Assembly (NCBI RefSeq): GCF_002105155.1
Contig: NW_019029005.1
Coordinates: 496,001-537,899 of the forward strand
Origin: Lobosporangium transversale
Taxonomy: Eukaryota
Direction of reading: 5' to 3'
DNA length: 41,899 bases
A program made the translations under genes and the position numbers. Each line of letters begins with the position of its first letter. Position 1 is the stretch's first letter. Positions 39,159 through 41,899 of the stretch are shown here, piece after piece. The notes beneath the pieces are model-generated. The model did not search any database and was not told where the DNA came from. It was given only the letters and a program-made list of their open reading frames with translations.

Positions 39159-39827
39159 CTGCATACTGTATGATGGGCAATGGCGAAAGGAGAAATATTT
39201 TGGCTTTTCAGAGATTGCTTTAAAAAGTGAAGTTCCAAAATCTGAAGACTGCGCTACAGTGAAAGGAATCATTAACAAACTTCACACATTGTTACACTCT
39301 GGCATGTCTATCTATCCACTCTACTGCTCGATGAATATAGCAACAATCTTCTGTACATTGTTCTTGCTGGCTCTTGCTTCTTGCTCCTGTTTCATTATCC
39401 TGCTCTTTGGTCGTTATGAGCAAATAAATAAGGGAAAAAAAAAAAAAAAAAATCTGCTGCCAAGTTTCTTCCCATTGCTCACAGAGAGATTGTTTACCTT
39501 TCCATGCTTTGTAAAAGATCTCTGCGTGCCCACGAGAGACGACCTTGGACTTGAATGTAACTCTATTGGGTAAAGATTGCTTGTCCGTGAAGCGACCGAT
39601 CTTGAGTACGAATCCCTCAGGGACGTCTTTGTCTACAACTTGAAATGAAGTGATCGTGGAGCATCTAAATGAGGAACAATGCGAATGTGCGGTACAGGTG
39701 GTGTGGGGGTAGATGAACTAGCAGAGCCAGTAGTTGGTACTGTGTTTCCTACAACGGCGGCTCCATTAGTGCTGCTGTGGCTGTGTAGAGTGCCCTGAGT
39801 ATGGCGAGTATGACTCGGAGCGCTCAT
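36275..39827 (-). CDS. DMA1: FHA + RING E3 ligase of the Dma1/Dma2 family, multi-exon
   Basis: PHIRIVPHLD, LKIGRFTD..VTFKSKVVSRGHAEI, FYIRDTKSSSGTFLN, LKDGDVVQLGVDYQGG, IYRCVKMRLELNRSWQ, DCCICLFRIASFQSLFVAP..CPLCRTFADLDDSV. Confidence 0.92.
37128..37197. repeat. 12-bp coding tandem repeat (QRQG)n in the DMA1 tail
   Basis: TCCTTGTCTTTG-like units, about 4-5 copies. Confidence 0.85.
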
Positions 39828-41217
39828 GCTCTTCTTGGATACTAGATAAGGTGTTGAAAAGGAAAATTTGGCAGGAAGTGACCAATAGTCAAGAGGAAAA
39901 GGAAGAGGAAGAGAGGAGAGAAGCAAAGAGCAAGAGTGAGGTGGAAAAGTAGGATAGAGCAGAGTAAAGTATAGAGAAGGAGGGCGGAAGTGGAGTGGAG
40001 GCAAAGGAAAAATATGCTTCTGTTTCTATTAAGAATGAATAAATGTAAAATGAGACGGAGAGTGTGACAGAGGTGAAAAGGAGAACAAAAAAGATGTCGT
40101 GAGCTTGTTGTACATCTAGTACTGGGCTTGTGCGCTCTGCAATACACACTCAGACCCATTGCCTGAGAAAAAGAAGAGCCTCGAATGTGTGCAGACATGT
40201 AGTGAGGAGCTTTTGTAGTGACATCAATCAACGATCAAAGGATTTCTAACTGTACTAAAGGCATGTGGCATTAATCAAACATGTGGGGTTCTGCGTGGCC
40301 CAGCTGTGATCATAATGACATCCTCCGCTCCATATCTCCTTATTCATTCACTCGGAGAACTATGTTAAAATTTAATTATTTAATAAAGTTTTATCAGACC
40401 AGAGGGCTCAACCTTGCGCGAGTCGGCTACAAACAAGCAAGGTTAAAACATTAACAAATCTATCTGTGTCATAGAACTTACCAAGTAACAGACTCACATT
40501 GTCATATTGGGTGATGAATGATATAGAAACTTGACCAGACCATGAGTCTAAACGTGTGAATGTGTGAGTTACAAGAAATAGACACCAAAGACCGGCTCCC
40601 CTACAACATATGCCAGCCACCGTAAAGTTAAGCTCGCAAGCAATATCTCAGTGTCATTGAGGTACGGCGCGAACACTAACATTCTCAAGCAGCATGACAC
40701 TCTCAAAACTATTAGCGCAACTTTTTTTTATAGAGCGTCTAGATCTAGTTGATATTTCATGTTAGTGAAGTCAGTCATTTCATCGAGTTGGACGTAAGCC
40801 CTTTCGCGCTGTTCGCAAAAACATACAATCATATATACTAGTTGCAAAACACTTGAAGGAAAATCAAAAGAATAGGGAAAAGAAGCATCCATTCAGGGTG
40901 GGAGGGAAAAAAAGTCTCCAGACCTGGTTATTCAAGTCACTTTAAAGATATAAAAAAAGGCTCGGGATATAAAACGTATGAGTAAGGCTCGGGCTTGAAC
41001 TGGTGGTATATATGCATACATAGTAATGTCAAACAACCATAATACTGGGATAGATATAAATGAACGACGTTTCATAAAAAAAAGGCATTTTCAAATCTTT
41101 CGACCTCAAGCATCTTCTGTCAATTCTGATCAAGAATGTCCATGTAAAGCGACATTCCATGATATAGGAATCGTATCTAAGATAGATGCAACCGTTAAAA
41201 AAAATTCAGCAAAATCT

Positions 41218-41298
41218 CGTCACCTGCAGGGTTCGAACCTGCGCGGGAAATCCCATACACTTAGCAGGCATACGCCTTAACCACTCGGCCAAAGTGAC
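41218..41298 (-). tRNA. tRNA-Ser (anticodon GCT)
   Basis: GTCACTT/AGGTGAC acceptor stem, TGGCCGAGTGG A-box, TATGC-CTGCTAA-GTGTA anticodon arm, long variable arm, GGTTCGAACC B-box. Confidence 0.95.
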
Positions 41299-41439
41299 TT
41301 CATATTTAAATTTTGTCGTAAATGACGCCTATTCATTTACCTAAATATGTTATTTCCTTTCAATTTATTTATTTCCTATCATCTATTTCTACCATTTTTA
41401 AATAGTATTTAAGTAGCTTTTCCTTCACTGCAAAACGGC

Positions 41440-41563
41440 ATCTCTCTTCTTATTATCGATGCCCTTTTGCAGGTGAGTTTATCTTCATTATTCTCATTAT
41501 GAATTCTCAGAAAATTAGCAGTTATTAAAGATCTCTCTTCTTATTATCGATGCCCTTTTGCAG
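41440..41563 (+). repeat. Perfect 33-bp direct repeat (41440-41472 and 41531-41563)
   Basis: ATCTCTCTTCTTATTATCGATGCCCTTTTGCAG occurs twice. Confidence 0.92.
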
Positions 41564-41811
41564 CATCCTCAAAATCATTCAAAGCATTACTTAGGATCAC
41601 TATCGTATCCCAAAACCACGAGGCTCTTGCCCAATTCTTCATTTTTCATCATTACTACTAGTTTCCAGAGATCACTAGTAGATGCTCTACGACAATTTCT
41701 GTCCTAATAAGGCAACTTAGCTCACGTCCTATAACAAGTGACGTCATGGTAGGTAGGACCAGAGTATACCTATAGTGGTACCCTCAACCCACCCCGTCCT
41801 GCCTGGACATA

Positions 41812-41890
41812 GCCCAATGGCTGAGTAGTATACTCGTCAGGGCACCCTCCTGTCTAGCCCAGGGGCCGGGTTCGAGTCCTGGTTAAGGCA
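41812..41890 (+). other. tRNA-like sequence (pseudogene or head of a tRNA-derived repeat)
   Basis: A-box-like TGGCTGAGTAG, T-arm CCGGG-TTCGAGT-CCTGG, partial acceptor stem GCC..AA/TTAAGGC-A. D-arm and anticodon arm are irregular. Confidence 0.55.
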
Positions 41891-41899
41891 CATAAAGTG

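Noticed and set aside
2795..39827. Programmed frameshifting or mass pseudogenization
   Set aside because: The indels are scattered through all genes, including essential ones; sequencing error is the simpler explanation.
41812..41890. Possible selenocysteine tRNA (GCCC start, irregular arms)
   Set aside because: No TCA anticodon in a 7-nt loop, and no extended acceptor or variable arm.

Overview
Eukaryotic, intron-rich fungal DNA (short GT-AG introns of about 80-100 nt with CTAAC branch sites and poly-A/T tracts; an early-diverging fungus such as Mortierellaceae is my inference). Single-base indels break even essential genes, so this looks like an unpolished assembly and frameshifts alone do not show pseudogenization. 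Host genes: an EXD2-type HNH protein, an AMFR/HRD1-like RING ligase, MAK16, U1-70K, a probable mitochondrial ThrRS, an AUH-like hydratase, a SIM-RING ligase, DMA1, several unknown genes and tRNA-Ser(GCT). The standout is an accessory block between MAK16 and U1-70K. On the minus strand (13255-9782) lies a spliced gene of about 1,075 aa. It joins an N-terminal FEN1/XPG-family PIN nuclease to a C-terminal TnpB/Fanzor-like module with an intact RuvC D-E-D triad, a zinc finger and a C-terminal NLS-like tail. It is bracketed by short inverted repeats, has an intron-containing 3' region where a guide RNA would be expected, and sits head-to-head with a Helitron-type Pif1 helicase remnant.
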